Shown: positions 20,001-30,556, counted from the stretch's first letter. The stretch: 64,000 nucleotides of DNA from an uncultured Planctomycetales bacterium (GCA_964474085.1 CAYYRJ010000006.1:29514-93513); one strand, 5' to 3'. Notes: generated from the sequence alone by a model not told the origin. Numbers and translations are program-made.

Positions 20001-20001
20001 T

Positions 20002-20340
20002 ATGATTTTAACTGCCCAACAGAATGCCGAAAGTTTAAAAATACCCAAGGATATTTATTTGCGTATTTTGACAAAAGCGGTTGAGCAAACACAAAAGGAT
20101 ATTAAAGATATCGAAGAGGCTTTGCCGTTCTCGGATTTTGAAAAAGTCCAGTCGATTTCTCATCGCTGGAAAGGTGATTATGACAATATGCGCATTACGT
20201 CTTTGGCGATGGTTGCCCGAGCTCTCAATCAGGAAGTGAAAGCCAGCCGCGACAAGGAAAAAATCATTGCATTTTTGACTCAATTTAAAAATATGTTTTT
20301 TGAATTAGAAACAGAGTTAAACAATATCATAAAAGCTTAA
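20002..20340 (+). CDS. Histidine phosphotransfer (Hpt) domain protein
   Basis: SHRWKGDYDNMRITSLA matches the Hpt H-x-x-K-G pattern. The ATG at 20002 lies within the ORF-track ORF that starts at a TTG at 19981. Confidence 0.55.
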   Translation: MILTAQQNAESLKIPKDIYLRILTKAVEQTQKDIKDIEEALPFSDFEKVQSISHRWKGDYDNMRITSLAMVARALNQEVKASRDKEKIIAFLTQFKNMFFELETELNNIIKA

Positions 20341-20352
20341 AGCGGAGATCTT

Positions 20353-20715
20353 ATGCCCGACGAAAAAGGTGTCATTAACATCGATGTTAAACAAGTCAGT
20401 GAAGAGTTAAAGATCCGTCCCGAAATTTATTTAAAAATTACGGCAAGTTTTGTCAATAGTCTCTCGGGAAAACTCAAGATTTTGAGCGATGCATTGTCAA
20501 CCAATGATCGGGACCAGATGCGCATGACTTTGCATGAAATCAAAGGCACCGCCGGAAATTTACGCCTGCGTAATCTAACGGCTGTTGAATCGGTTATGCA
20601 TGATGCCGTTAAAGCCGGTGAGCCGCAGACGCGATTGACGCAATATTTTGAAGCTTTACGACGGGAAAGCGAAAAGCTGCAGCTTTATTTTAATACTTTA
20701 GGAAGCCGAAACTAG
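20353..20715 (+). CDS. Histidine phosphotransfer (Hpt) domain protein
   Basis: Classic Hpt motif LHEIKGTAGNLRL. Confidence 0.7.
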   Translation: MPDEKGVINIDVKQVSEELKIRPEIYLKITASFVNSLSGKLKILSDALSTNDRDQMRMTLHEIKGTAGNLRLRNLTAVESVMHDAVKAGEPQTRLTQYFEALRRESEKLQLYFNTLGSRN

Positions 20716-20747
20716 CAAGTTTTACCGGTTATTTTGCGGAGAATGTT

Positions 20748-21149
20748 ATGAATAGAATTTTAGTTGTCGACGATAATTTTGAAAACCGAATGCTTTTGGC
20801 CGAAATTTTGCGTGAAATTGCCGTTTGTGATTTTGCGGCCACGGGCAAGGAAGCCATTGAAGCGTATAATATGTCCATCCAAAGGCAGGAGCCGTATAGC
20901 TTGATTCTGCTGGATATTGAACTTCCCGAGGTCAACGGATTGGAAATTTTGCATCGGATCCGCGAGAGTGAAAAATCTGCAGGCATTTCTTTAGGGGACG
21001 GAGTCCCGATTATTATCGTCACCGCCTATGAAAAACGTTTTGTCGAAGCTTTTAACAAAGGCTGTGACGATTATATCCTCAAACCTATTGATACCGACGT
21101 TCTCTTATCAAAAATCGCCGCAATCCTTGAAAAAAATGACGATGCGTAA
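20748..21149 (+). CDS. Single-domain response regulator receiver (CheY-like)
   Basis: ILVVDDNFENR ... ILLDIELPEVNGLE ... ILKP. Confidence 0.8.
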   Translation: MNRILVVDDNFENRMLLAEILREIAVCDFAATGKEAIEAYNMSIQRQEPYSLILLDIELPEVNGLEILHRIRESEKSAGISLGDGVPIIIVTAYEKRFVEAFNKGCDDYILKPIDTDVLLSKIAAILEKNDDA

Positions 21150-21241
21150 TGTCTATTTTTGCTTCAATAAATTCCTTCAATTTTTTTAAAACTCAATATA
21201 TAATGCAGGCCTTGTTGAAAATTTTACCTTAAGGAGTCCGT

Positions 21242-22534
21242 ATGAGTGAAAATGCCAAGCTGACCATTGAAGGAAAAACATATGAGTTTCCGACGGTTGT
21301 TGGAAGTGAAGGTGAAAAAGCGATAGACATTTCAAACTTACGAAAAAATACGGGTTATATTACGTTGGATAACGGTTACGGAAACACAGGTGCTTGCAAA
21401 AGTGCCATTACGTTTCTTGACGGAGAACAGGGGATATTACGCTATCGCGGTATTCCCATTGAACAAATGGCCGAACTTTCCACGTTCGTTGAAACAAGCT
21501 ACCTTTTGATTTACGGCGAACTTCCTACTAAAAAACAACTTGAAAAATTTTCAGAGTCATTCACACAAAACGCCCCGATTCACGAGGACATGAAAAAATT
21601 TTTTGAAGGGTATCCACCGACCGGGCATCCGATGGGAATTCTTTCGGCCATGGTTGTCTCCTTGGGTGCGTATTATCCTGAGCTGACAAAACCGGAACCG
21701 ACTTCCGAAGAAATTGATCTTGTCGCCGTCGAACTTTTGGCCAAGGTGCGGACGATTTGTGCACATGCTTACAAAAAGTCGATCGGCCGGCCGTTTATTG
21801 ATCCGCGTGAAGATTTGCAATATATCCCGAATTTTTTGCACATGATGTTTTCTTCGCCGACGAAGGAATACAAGATCATTCCCGAAGTTGTCAGCGCGCT
21901 TCGAACGGTTCTTATTCTGCATGCGGACCATGAACAAAATTGCAGTACCTCGACAGTAAGAATGGTCGGCAGCTCTCAGGCGAATCTTTTTGCGTCCGTG
22001 TCCGCGGGGATTTGCGCTTTGTGGGGGCCGCTGCATGGGGGAGCTAATCAGGAAGTTGTTGATATGCTCGATGAAATTTATAAAGACGGCGGAGACATCC
22101 ATAAATACATTAATAAAGCCAAAGATACCAAAGGGGCTTATCGTTTGATGGGCTTTGGACATCGTGTTTACAAGAATTATGATCCGCGCGCTAAAATCAT
22201 TAAAACGCGGGCGCATGAACTTTTAGGAAAGCTCGGTATCCATGATCCGCTTTTGGATTTAGCAGTCAGGCTGGAAGATGCGGTTTTAAAAGACGATTAT
22301 TTTAAGGAACGTAAACTTTATCCGAATGTCGACTTTTATAGCGGAATTATTTATAAAGCCATTGGAATCCCGACCAAAATGTTTCCGGCGATGTTTGCCA
22401 TAGGACGGATGCCCGGCTGGATAGCCAATTGGAAAGAAATGATTGAAAGTCCGGACACGCGCATTGGACGGCCTCGGCAAATTTATACAGGACAAAAAAC
22501 ACGTCCATATATTCCTATTGATGATCGCAAATAA
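21242..22534 (+). CDS. gltA: Citrate synthase
   Basis: GFGHRVYKNYDPRA signature with full-length conservation. AAGGAG RBS upstream. Confidence 0.9.
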   Translation: MSENAKLTIEGKTYEFPTVVGSEGEKAIDISNLRKNTGYITLDNGYGNTGACKSAITFLDGEQGILRYRGIPIEQMAELSTFVETSYLLIYGELPTKKQLEKFSESFTQNAPIHEDMKKFFEGYPPTGHPMGILSAMVVSLGAYYPELTKPEPTSEEIDLVAVELLAKVRTICAHAYKKSIGRPFIDPREDLQYIPNFLHMMFSSPTKEYKIIPEVVSALRTVLILHADHEQNCSTSTVRMVGSSQANLFASVSAGICALWGPLHGGANQEVVDMLDEIYKDGGDIHKYINKAKDTKGAYRLMGFGHRVYKNYDPRAKIIKTRAHELLGKLGIHDPLLDLAVRLEDAVLKDDYFKERKLYPNVDFYSGIIYKAIGIPTKMFPAMFAIGRMPGWIANWKEMIESPDTRIGRPRQIYTGQKTRPYIPIDDRK

Positions 22535-22560
22535 CTGTTTTTAATGAAAGGGGTTTTAGA

Positions 22561-24018
22561 GTGATTCGTTTTCAACCTTCTGCAAAATTTGACCAATCGG
22601 CGACGATTGTTTTATTACAAAAAGAACAGGTTTCAAAAAGAAATTTTAGCGCTGTGACCAATAGCGCTGTTTTGGATGCAATAAGATCGGTTGCAGACGC
22701 CGGACAATTTTCTGGCAATGATAAAGAAATTTTTCCGCTTGTTTTAAATAAAAAGTTGATTCTGCTTGTCGGGACAGGGGAGGCGCAAAAGAGTAATTTG
22801 ACTGCTCTGCGTGCTAACGTTCGTCAAACCGTTTTATCGTCCTATCTAAAAAAATCTAATCAGATTGAAATTGTCGTACAAAACAAAGAAGATGACTACA
22901 TTGTCGCGATCATTGAAGGCATTTTGATTGGCGCTTACTCATGGGACAAATACCGCAATTTGACCGAAGAAACGGTTCGTCCCGTCGAGAAAAATTACAT
23001 CATCGCGACAGCTGCTAAACGCGAATACGAAGATGCGATTTTGACATGCCAGGGTGTCACTCTGACCCGCAACCTTGTCAATGATAACGCGGATACAGTT
23101 GATTCCGAGTTTTTGGAAACAACGATTCTTGCATTAATTCGCGGCAAAAAAAATATTTCGCTGGAAGTGTTAAATGCTAAAGAATTAAAAGCCAAGGGGC
23201 TTAATTTGCATTTGGCTGTTAATCAGGGAAGTCCAAAGGAGCCAAAGCTTATCATTGTCAAATACTCCGCTGCGGCCAAAAGTAGAGGATATACCGCGCT
23301 TGTCGGCAAAGGGATTACGTTTGATACCGGAGGACTTAATCTAAAGCCGACGGGACATATGGAAACAATGCGCTCGGACATGAGCGGGGCGGCGGCTGTC
23401 ATTGGAACACTTAAAAATGTTTTGGCGCTTAACTTAAAAGCTAATATTATTTTTGCAGTTGCAATTGCGGAGAATTGTATCGGTTCCAGCGCCTTTAAGC
23501 CGGGCGATGTTTTTCGCGGGTATAATGGCAAAACCGTCGAGATCCTTAACACGGACGCGGAAGGGCGCTTGGTTTTGGCGGATGCGCTTGCGTATGTTGA
23601 AAAGAACTACAAACCCAGTCGGTTTATTGATCTGGCAACCTTGACGGGTGCGTGCGTCATTGCATTGGGCTATGATTATTCAGGGTTGGTTTCCAACGAC
23701 GATGATTTTGCCAACGAGGTTGCACAAATTTCTACGCAAACCGATGATCGTGCGTGGCGCTTGCCGTCGTACTGTGAAATTAAAGAGTACGTTAAATCTG
23801 AAATTGCGGATTTAAAAAATGTCGGATTACCCAAAGGTGCGGGTGGGGCAATTACCGCTGCGGAATTCTTGCGCAATTTTGTTAATGACACCCCTTGGGT
23901 CCATTTGGATATTGCTGGAACTGCGTTTGTCGATGGGAAAGGCCGACAGTACTACGGGCATGGCGCAACTGGTGCGGGGGTAAGATTGTTAACATCATTT
24001 TTAAAACATAAATTGTAG
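22561..24018 (+). CDS. pepA: Leucyl aminopeptidase (M17 family)
   Basis: NTDAEGRLVLADAL signature and a GKGITFDTGG block. GTG start. Confidence 0.85.
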   Translation: MIRFQPSAKFDQSATIVLLQKEQVSKRNFSAVTNSAVLDAIRSVADAGQFSGNDKEIFPLVLNKKLILLVGTGEAQKSNLTALRANVRQTVLSSYLKKSNQIEIVVQNKEDDYIVAIIEGILIGAYSWDKYRNLTEETVRPVEKNYIIATAAKREYEDAILTCQGVTLTRNLVNDNADTVDSEFLETTILALIRGKKNISLEVLNAKELKAKGLNLHLAVNQGSPKEPKLIIVKYSAAAKSRGYTALVGKGITFDTGGLNLKPTGHMETMRSDMSGAAAVIGTLKNVLALNLKANIIFAVAIAENCIGSSAFKPGDVFRGYNGKTVEILNTDAEGRLVLADALAYVEKNYKPSRFIDLATLTGACVIALGYDYSGLVSNDDDFANEVAQISTQTDDRAWRLPSYCEIKEYVKSEIADLKNVGLPKGAGGAITAAEFLRNFVNDTPWVHLDIAGTAFVDGKGRQYYGHGATGAGVRLLTSFLKHKL

Positions 24019-24033
24019 TCTTGCTGTTTAATT

Positions 24034-24192
24034 TCCTCCCCCTTTCAGACTGGGTCAGATCAAGGGGCAATTTGAAAAGTAGATTCCCGCTTTCGCGGGA
24101 ATGACAGAAATATGAGGGAATGACAAAAGAGGTAGTGTCATCCCTGCGAAAGCAGGGATCCAAATTTTACCTGATCGCTCAAGGGGAAGGAA
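24034..24192 (+). repeat. MITE/REP-like intergenic repeat, copy 1 (conserved head CAGACTGGGTCAGATCAAGGGGCAATTTGAAAAG, hairpin A GATTCCCGC-TTTC-GCGGGAATGAC, hairpin B GTCATCCCTGC-GAAA-GCAGGGATCC)
   Basis: The same modules recur at 30557-30699 (inverted), 44659-44858, 58665-58794 and 63961-64000. Confidence 0.85.
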
Positions 24193-24249
24193 AGTATACT
24201 CAACAAAGTAAATTTTAAAAAATCAATGACAATGCATTAGGAGTTTTTT

Positions 24250-25641
24250 ATGTCACACCGAATTGAAACAGATAGTTTTGGAGAAATCAAAGTGCCGTCG
24301 GATAAATACTGGGGCGCACAAACACAGCGATCGTTTAAAAATTTTGAAATTGGCACTGAAAAAATGCCTGCTGAACTTATCAAAGCGTTTGCGATTTTAA
24401 AAAAAGCTGCAGCTTTAGTTAATTGTGATCTTGGCCTTTTGTCCTTAGAGAAAGCTGAGCTTATTTCGACGGCCGCCGATGAAATTGTCGACGGTAAACT
24501 TGCCGATCATTTTCCTCTTGTCGTTTGGCAAACTGGCAGCGGTACGCAATCAAATATGAACGTCAATGAAGTTATTTCCAATCGCGCCATCGAGTTGTCC
24601 GGCGGAGTGATGGGTTCCAAAAAACCGATACATCCTAATGATGATGTCAACAAGTCGCAGAGTTCAAATGATACTTTTCCGACGGCGATGCATATTGCGG
24701 CCGTGGAAGCGGTTTATAGCCAATTGCTTCCATCGGTTAAAGTTTTGCGGGATACTCTGCAAATGAAATCTAGCGAATTTACCGATATCGTCAAAATCGG
24801 ACGCACTCATTTGATGGATGCGGTTCCCTTGACCTTAGGTCAGGAATTTTCAGGGTATGTCCAGCAATTGACTTATGCGCTTGCGCGAATTGAAAACACA
24901 TTGCCACGTTTGCACGAATTAGCGCTAGGCGGCACTGCGGTTGGGACGGGAATCAATACGCATCCGCAGTTTGCCGAAAAGTCAGCTCAAAAAATTGCTC
25001 AGTTGACGGGCCGCAAGTTTGTTACAGCGCCCAATAAATTCGAAGCCTTAGCGGCGCACGATACGCTCGTCGAGTTAAGCGGTGCTTTAAAAACTTTAGC
25101 TGTTGCGCTGTTTAAAATTGCCAATGACATTCGTTGGTTAGGTTCCGGCCCGCGGGCTGGAATCGGAGAGCTTAGGCTTCCTGAAAATGAACCGGGCAGT
25201 TCGATTATGCCGGGCAAGGTCAACCCGACGCAATGTGAAGCGATGACCATGGTTTGTGTTCAAGTGATGGGAAATGATGCCGCGATCACGTTTGCCGGGG
25301 CGAGTGGAAACTTTGAGCTCAATGTTTATAAGCCGGTCATCATTTATAATATTTTACAGTCTATCCGTTTGTTGTCGGATGCTTGTCGTAGTTTTAAGGA
25401 TCATTGTGTCGTGGGTATAGAAGCGGATGTGGACAACATTAAAAATCATGTGCAAAATTCGCTGATGCTTGTCACAGCGCTTAATCCGCATATCGGGTAT
25501 GACAAGGCCGCAAAGGTTGCCAAAAAGGCTTATACAGAAAAGTCAACCTTAAAGCAAGCTATTGTCGCTCTAGGCTTTATGTCTGCTGAGGATTTTGATA
25601 AATTTGTAAAGCCCGAAGATATGATTAAGCCCGGATTGTAG
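24250..25641 (+). CDS. fumC: Fumarate hydratase, class II
   Basis: [20 protein letters not shown] signature. Confidence 0.9.
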   Translation: MSHRIETDSFGEIKVPSDKYWGAQTQRSFKNFEIGTEKMPAELIKAFAILKKAAALVNCDLGLLSLEKAELISTAADEIVDGKLADHFPLVVWQTGSGTQSNMNVNEVISNRAIELSGGVMGSKKPIHPNDDVNKSQSSNDTFPTAMHIAAVEAVYSQLLPSVKVLRDTLQMKSSEFTDIVKIGRTHLMDAVPLTLGQEFSGYVQQLTYALARIENTLPRLHELALGGTAVGTGINTHPQFAEKSAQKIAQLTGRKFVTAPNKFEALAAHDTLVELSGALKTLAVALFKIANDIRWLGSGPRAGIGELRLPENEPGSSIMPGKVNPTQCEAMTMVCVQVMGNDAAITFAGASGNFELNVYKPVIIYNILQSIRLLSDACRSFKDHCVVGIEADVDNIKNHVQNSLMLVTALNPHIGYDKAAKVAKKAYTEKSTLKQAIVALGFMSAEDFDKFVKPEDMIKPGL

Positions 25642-25737
25642 GTAATTTCTGGCTTTTGTCGTTTCCCTTGACGAAAGTGTGATTAGCATATATGCTTTAA
25701 ACATCTGATTTCAATAAAGTTAGTTACAAAAAATATT

Positions 25738-26121
25738 ATGGTCAAACAAATCCTCGAAGATCGTCGTCAAGCTATCCGCGCCCAGCGGATTTTAAGCATT
25801 CAATATCGGGTCGTTTCGAGCAAATCCCGCAGCATTGATAAGCATTGGCATTTGTCAACAACGCATGATATGAGTGCCACGGGCTTGTCGTTTTTGTCGG
25901 ACATTGTTTATCGTATCGATGATGTTTTGGAACTTCACGTTGTGATGTCCGGCGTTTTAGATGTTTTTAAAGGTTATGGGCAGGTTGTTCGAATTGACAA
26001 GAAAGACACTGGTTCATTTTGTTTTGTTGCCGTCAAATTTGTCCAGTCTCCGCGCGCAGTGCCACGGCCGCGTCGATCAAAAGCATCTGCGGTAAAATCG
26101 CCAAAGCGCTTTAAGAAATAA
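25738..26121 (+). CDS. PilZ domain protein (putative c-di-GMP receptor)
   Basis: RxxxR (RQAIR) followed by DxSxxG (DMSATG) at the expected spacing. Confidence 0.55.
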   Translation: MVKQILEDRRQAIRAQRILSIQYRVVSSKSRSIDKHWHLSTTHDMSATGLSFLSDIVYRIDDVLELHVVMSGVLDVFKGYGQVVRIDKKDTGSFCFVAVKFVQSPRAVPRPRRSKASAVKSPKRFKK

Positions 26122-26141
26122 AAAGATAGTTTTAAAGACAT

Positions 26142-26177
26142 AAAAAAACCTGTACGAATTAAGTACAGGTTTTTTTA
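26142..26177. terminator. Bidirectional rho-independent terminator between convergent PilZ and pntB genes
   Basis: Stem CCTGTAC...GTACAGG flanked by an A-run (5') and a T-run (3'). Confidence 0.7.
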
Positions 26178-26193
26178 TTGATGAAATGAATTT

Positions 26194-27573
26194 TTACTTT
26201 TCAGACTTAAACTCAGCGACTAAGCCTTGGACGCTTTGTTTGGCATCGCCAAAAAGCATACGGGTATTTTCGAAATAAAACAACTCGTTTTCAATCCCTG
26301 CAAAACCGGTGGCCATCGAACGCTTGAGCACGAATACAGTCTTGGCTTTGTCGGCATTGATAATCGGCATGCCATAAATTGGGCTTGATTTGTCATGACG
26401 GGCGGCAGGATTGACGACGTCATTAGCGCCAATAATGATTGCGACATCGACGGTATCCATCAGAGGATTGATAGCGTCCATTTCCAAAAGTTGATCGTAG
26501 GGTATATTCGCTTCCGCCAAAAGAACATTCATGTGTCCCGGCATACGTCCGGCGACCGGGTGAATCGCAAATTTGACATCGCAGCCGTTTTCTTCGAGCG
26601 CTTTGCTTAATTCATGGACGGCATGTTGGGCTTGCGCAACAGCCAATCCATAGCCTGGAACGATCACAACCGACTTGGCAGCTTCCAAAATCAGGTACGC
26701 ATCTTCAATTGAAATAGGACTGACATCCTTTTTAGCCCCACCGGCTGATTTTTTTACAGCCGCGCCAAACCCGCCAAAAAGGACATTGGCTAGCGATCGA
26801 TTCATCGCTTTGCACATAATAATACTTAAAATAACTCCGTTGGCTCCAACTAAAGCGCCGACAACGATCAAAAGCGTATTGTGAATAACAAAGCCCGTTG
26901 TGCAGGCAACAAGCCCGGAATAACTGTTAAGAACCGAAATAACGACGGGCATATCAGCTCCGCCTATGGGGATAACCAAAAGAATTCCTAATAACAGGGA
27001 AAGACTAAAAATCACGAGAAAAAGCGGATAATTGAGGGGATTTAAAATAAAGGCAACTGCGCAGCCTAAAACAGCAAGCAAAACAAAAATATTTAACCAG
27101 CGCTGGCCGTTAAAAAGGATCGGGCGGCCGGGCAATTTTTCGCTGAGTTTACCCCACGCAATAATGCTTCCGGTAAAAGTAATGCCGCCGATAAGGATAG
27201 ATAGAAAAAGCGCAACCGTCGTCAAAAGATCTCCGACCGGAGGGTGGACATGATACGCTGACCAGTCAACAAAAACGCTGGCCAAGCCGCCGCAGCCGTG
27301 CAAAAGAGCGACCATCTCCGGCATCTGCGTCATAGCGGCACGAAATGCAACAAAAACACCGGCCGTGCTTCCAATAACAATTCCTAAAAGAATCCATTGA
27401 AAAGAAATAATTTCTTTGCTCAACAGTGTTACAAGAACGGCCAAAAGCATGCCAGCGGCAGACAATAAGTTTCCACGGCGGGCAGTAACGGGTGAACCCA
27501 AAAATTTTAGACCAAAGGCAAAAAGAATGGAGCTGACAATATAAGCGAGATTAATAAAATTATCGATACTCAT
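26194..27573 (-). CDS. pntB: NAD(P) transhydrogenase subunit beta
   Basis: Multi-TM N-terminus and a C-terminal NADP(H)-binding domain (GYGLAVAQAQ ... GANDVVNPAA). Confidence 0.9.
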   Translation of the reverse strand: MSIDNFINLAYIVSSILFAFGLKFLGSPVTARRGNLLSAAGMLLAVLVTLLSKEIISFQWILLGIVIGSTAGVFVAFRAAMTQMPEMVALLHGCGGLASVFVDWSAYHVHPPVGDLLTTVALFLSILIGGITFTGSIIAWGKLSEKLPGRPILFNGQRWLNIFVLLAVLGCAVAFILNPLNYPLFLVIFSLSLLLGILLVIPIGGADMPVVISVLNSYSGLVACTTGFVIHNTLLIVVGALVGANGVILSIIMCKAMNRSLANVLFGGFGAAVKKSAGGAKKDVSPISIEDAYLILEAAKSVVIVPGYGLAVAQAQHAVHELSKALEENGCDVKFAIHPVAGRMPGHMNVLLAEANIPYDQLLEMDAINPLMDTVDVAIIIGANDVVNPAARHDKSSPIYGMPIINADKAKTVFVLKRSMATGFAGIENELFYFENTRMLFGDAKQSVQGLVAEFKSEK

Positions 27574-27860
27574 TTGGCGTCCTTTTTCTTAAACATTTTT
27601 AACATGCGCTCTGTCACGAGATATCCTCCGACGACGTTAAAACTGGCCAAGGCGACGGCGGCAGTTCCCAAGAATGTCGTAACCCAGCTGTTGATCCCCA
27701 GTCCCGCTGCAACCAGCGCACCGACTAAAGTGATCCCCGAGATCGCATTGGCTTCAGACATAAGCGGGGTGTGCAAAAGCGGCGGCACTTTTGTAATCAG
27801 CGCGAATCCTAAAAAAACGGACAAAGCGAGTATGAAAAATAAATAGATTGAGACATCCAT
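27570..27860 (-). CDS. pntA: NAD(P) transhydrogenase subunit alpha, part 2 (membrane segment)
   Basis: A 96-aa three-TM protein between pntA part 1 and pntB, with start/stop overlap. Confidence 0.8.
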   Translation of the reverse strand: MDVSIYLFFILALSVFLGFALITKVPPLLHTPLMSEANAISGITLVGALVAAGLGINSWVTTFLGTAAVALASFNVVGGYLVTERMLKMFKKKDAK

Positions 27861-27869
27861 GACGAGCTC

Positions 27870-28997
27870 CTATTTTATGTTTTTGACTGTTTCATTGACG
27901 ATTTGCCCCTGATGTGTGATCAGACATCCTTTAAGGATTTCGTCTGCAGGGTTAAGAACAAAAGCTTTTGTTTCTTTATCCAAATAATGCTCGAGCAAAT
28001 TGACTAAGTTGCTCGAATACATTTGGCTGGCATGGACAGCGACGCGGCCGGGAAGATTCGCGAGCCCTAAAATGCGCACACCATTGACTTCGATTTCTTT
28101 GTCTAATTGCGAGCCTTCGACGTTGCCGCCGCTTTCAACCGCCATATCGACAATAATACTGCCGGACTTCATCTGACTAACCATTTCTTTGGTAATGACG
28201 ATCGGCGCTTTGCGGCCAAAAAGCTGGGCGGTCGTAATCACAATATCAGACTGTGCGCAAACTTTGGCCATCGCTTGACGCTGTTTTTCTAATTGTTCGG
28301 GTGTCAAAGCTTTTGCATAGCCGTCTTTGGTTTGGCCTGTTTCGCCTAAATCGACTTCCACAAATTTGGCGCCTAAGGATTGGACTTGTTCTTTGACAAC
28401 CGGACGGGTATCAAAAGCTTCCACACGCGCGCCTAAGCGTTTGGCGGTCGCAATCGCTTGCAGACCGGCAACACCAGCTCCGATAATAAAAACGCGGGCT
28501 GGCGTAATGGTCCCAGCGGGCGTCATCATCATGGGAAAAATTTTATTGGTTCGCTCGGCCGCCAAAATGACAGCGGTATAACCAGCCAAATTTGCTTGCG
28601 AACTTAAAGCATCCATCTTCTGGGCGATCGTCGAGCGGGGAATCATTTCCATACTCACAGCGCTAACACTCTGGTCAGCAAAAGCTTTGATCAGGCTTTT
28701 TTCATTAAACGGATCAAGAAAACTGATATGGATTGAACCTTTTTTAAGTTGGGAAATTTCCGGTAAGCTGGGTTTGCGGATGCGAAGGACAATGTCGCTG
28801 TTGTTTAAGATTTCATTATGTGTTGCGATTTGAGCACCAGCTTTGGTGTAATCAGCTTCGCTAACGTTAATGGTTTGCCCCAAGCCTTTTTCGACGGTAA
28901 CTTTAAACCCTTTTTTGACTAATCGGTCGACCGAAGAAGGGATAAGAGCAACACGGGATTCAGAACTTAAATTTTCGAGTGGGACGCCAATTTGCAT
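27870..28997 (-). CDS. pntA: NAD(P) transhydrogenase subunit alpha, part 1 (NAD(H)-binding, alanine dehydrogenase-like)
   Basis: Rossmann motif VFIIGAGVAGLQA and overall AlaDH/PNT similarity. Confidence 0.85.
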   Translation of the reverse strand: MQIGVPLENLSSESRVALIPSSVDRLVKKGFKVTVEKGLGQTINVSEADYTKAGAQIATHNEILNNSDIVLRIRKPSLPEISQLKKGSIHISFLDPFNEKSLIKAFADQSVSAVSMEMIPRSTIAQKMDALSSQANLAGYTAVILAAERTNKIFPMMMTPAGTITPARVFIIGAGVAGLQAIATAKRLGARVEAFDTRPVVKEQVQSLGAKFVEVDLGETGQTKDGYAKALTPEQLEKQRQAMAKVCAQSDIVITTAQLFGRKAPIVITKEMVSQMKSGSIIVDMAVESGGNVEGSQLDKEIEVNGVRILGLANLPGRVAVHASQMYSSNLVNLLEHYLDKETKAFVLNPADEILKGCLITHQGQIVNETVKNIK

Positions 28998-29176
28998 GTA
29001 AAACTCCCAAGGTTATTTTGCGGGAACGTTGGTTGATAAAAAATTTATTACGTCCTAGACTATCAAAATGTCTTTTAAAGTCAATCGAATATTTTTTGAT
29101 TTTATACCCGCAAACAACACCTTGACAGTAACAACTCTCAAGTTATAGTATTGAAAATACAAGTTTAGGAGAGATT

Positions 29177-30556
29177 ATGGATTTAAATTTAGGAAGGCGA
29201 GAGCGGCCGCTGCGCGTTGCCATTGTCGGCAGTGGGCCCAGCGGATTTTATGCAACAGAGGCTTTGTTTAAAACAAAATTATCGCTTAAGGTCGACCTTT
29301 TGGAACGTTTGCCGGCTCCTTTTGGATTGGTGCGCTATGGCGTTGCTCCTGATCATCCGAAAATCAAAAATGTGATTGCTCTTTATGAAAAAATTACGCA
29401 GGATGAGCGTTTTGCCTTTTTGGGAAATGTAAACGTGGGACGCGATATCAGCGTCAGTGATTTACAGAAGTTTTATGACTGTATTATTTTTGCCTGCGGC
29501 GCGGAGAATGAACGGCATTTAGGTATCCCCAATGAAACGTATTACGGCAGCCATACGGCAACGGAATTTGTCGGCTGGTACAATGGCCATCCGGAATATC
29601 AAAACCGGCGCTTCGATTTTTCGCATTCGACGGCGGTCATCGTTGGGATGGGAAATGTCGCAATGGACGTGGCGCGGATTCTCTGTAAAACTGTCGATGA
29701 GTTAAAAAAAACAGATATTACCAGCCATGCGCTCGAAGTTCTTTCCCTAAGTCATATAAAAGAAATTCATGTCATTGGCCGTCGTGGACCTGTGCAGGCA
29801 GCGTTTACGCCAGCGGTGATTCGAGAATTTGGCGAGCTTGCTGATTGTGATGTTGTGATGGATCCGAAATATTTGGAAATCAATGCTTCCAGTCAAGAAG
29901 AGCTGGAGGATATCGAGTTTCCAAGTCGAAAGAAAAATTTTGAAATTCTTAAAAAATATTCCAGCCTCAAGAGCACAGAAAAATCCAAAAAGTTAATTTT
30001 TCATTTTTTAAAGAGTCCGATTGCCGTTGAAGGCGCCGGCCGGCTAGAAAAATTGGTCCTTGAGCAAAACCAGCTGATTGGCAAAGCCGGTCATCAGAGT
30101 GTCCGTGGTTTAGGACAGATGGAAGAAATCGATTGCGGAATTATGTTTCGTAGTGTCGGTTATTGGGGAGTCCCGATTAAGGGTCTGCCTTTTGATAGAG
30201 AGGAAGGGATTTTTCCCAATCAGGCCGGGCGGCTGGTGGACAATGGAAAAGTTCTGCCCGGTTTGTATGCCGTCGGTTGGATCAAGCGCGGCGCAACGGG
30301 AATTATCGGAACCAACAAGCCCGACAGTGAAGAGACAGTCAACAATCTTTTGGCAGATATTACAAATTTAAAAGGTTGCGAGTGCCCAAACCGTGGGCAG
30401 TTTGAAGAATTTCTTAAAGAGAAGAAAATCCGTTTTGTTAATTATCAGGACTGGGAAAAGATCAATGCCGCAGAAATCAAACGCGGTGAATTTGTTGGCA
30501 AGCCTCGGGAAAAATTTACTACGATTAGTGAAATGCTCGCCTGTGTGGGGAAGTAA
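29177..30556 (+). CDS. fprA: FprA-type NADPH:ferredoxin (adrenodoxin-type) reductase
   Basis: VAIVGSGPSGFYA, VIGRRGPVQAAFT, SVGYWGVP and VGWIKRGATGIIGTNKPD blocks, collinear with mycobacterial FprA. Confidence 0.8.
   Translation: MDLNLGRRERPLRVAIVGSGPSGFYATEALFKTKLSLKVDLLERLPAPFGLVRYGVAPDHPKIKNVIALYEKITQDERFAFLGNVNVGRDISVSDLQKFYDCIIFACGAENERHLGIPNETYYGSHTATEFVGWYNGHPEYQNRRFDFSHSTAVIVGMGNVAMDVARILCKTVDELKKTDITSHALEVLSLSHIKEIHVIGRRGPVQAAFTPAVIREFGELADCDVVMDPKYLEINASSQEELEDIEFPSRKKNFEILKKYSSLKSTEKSKKLIFHFLKSPIAVEGAGRLEKLVLEQNQLIGKAGHQSVRGLGQMEEIDCGIMFRSVGYWGVPIKGLPFDREEGIFPNQAGRLVDNGKVLPGLYAVGWIKRGATGIIGTNKPDSEETVNNLLADITNLKGCECPNRGQFEEFLKEKKIRFVNYQDWEKINAAEIKRGEFVGKPREKFTTISEMLACVGK

Noticed and set aside
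23882-24163. ORF-track entries overlapping the repeat copies (23882-24163 minus; 30368-30622 minus; 30393-30710 plus; 44590-44826 minus; 33542-33757 plus), which give peptides such as IPAFAGMT and SRESGNLLFK
   Set aside because: They are translations of the hairpin repeats. The same peptide strings recur wherever the repeat occurs, in either orientation, and they overlap real gene ends.
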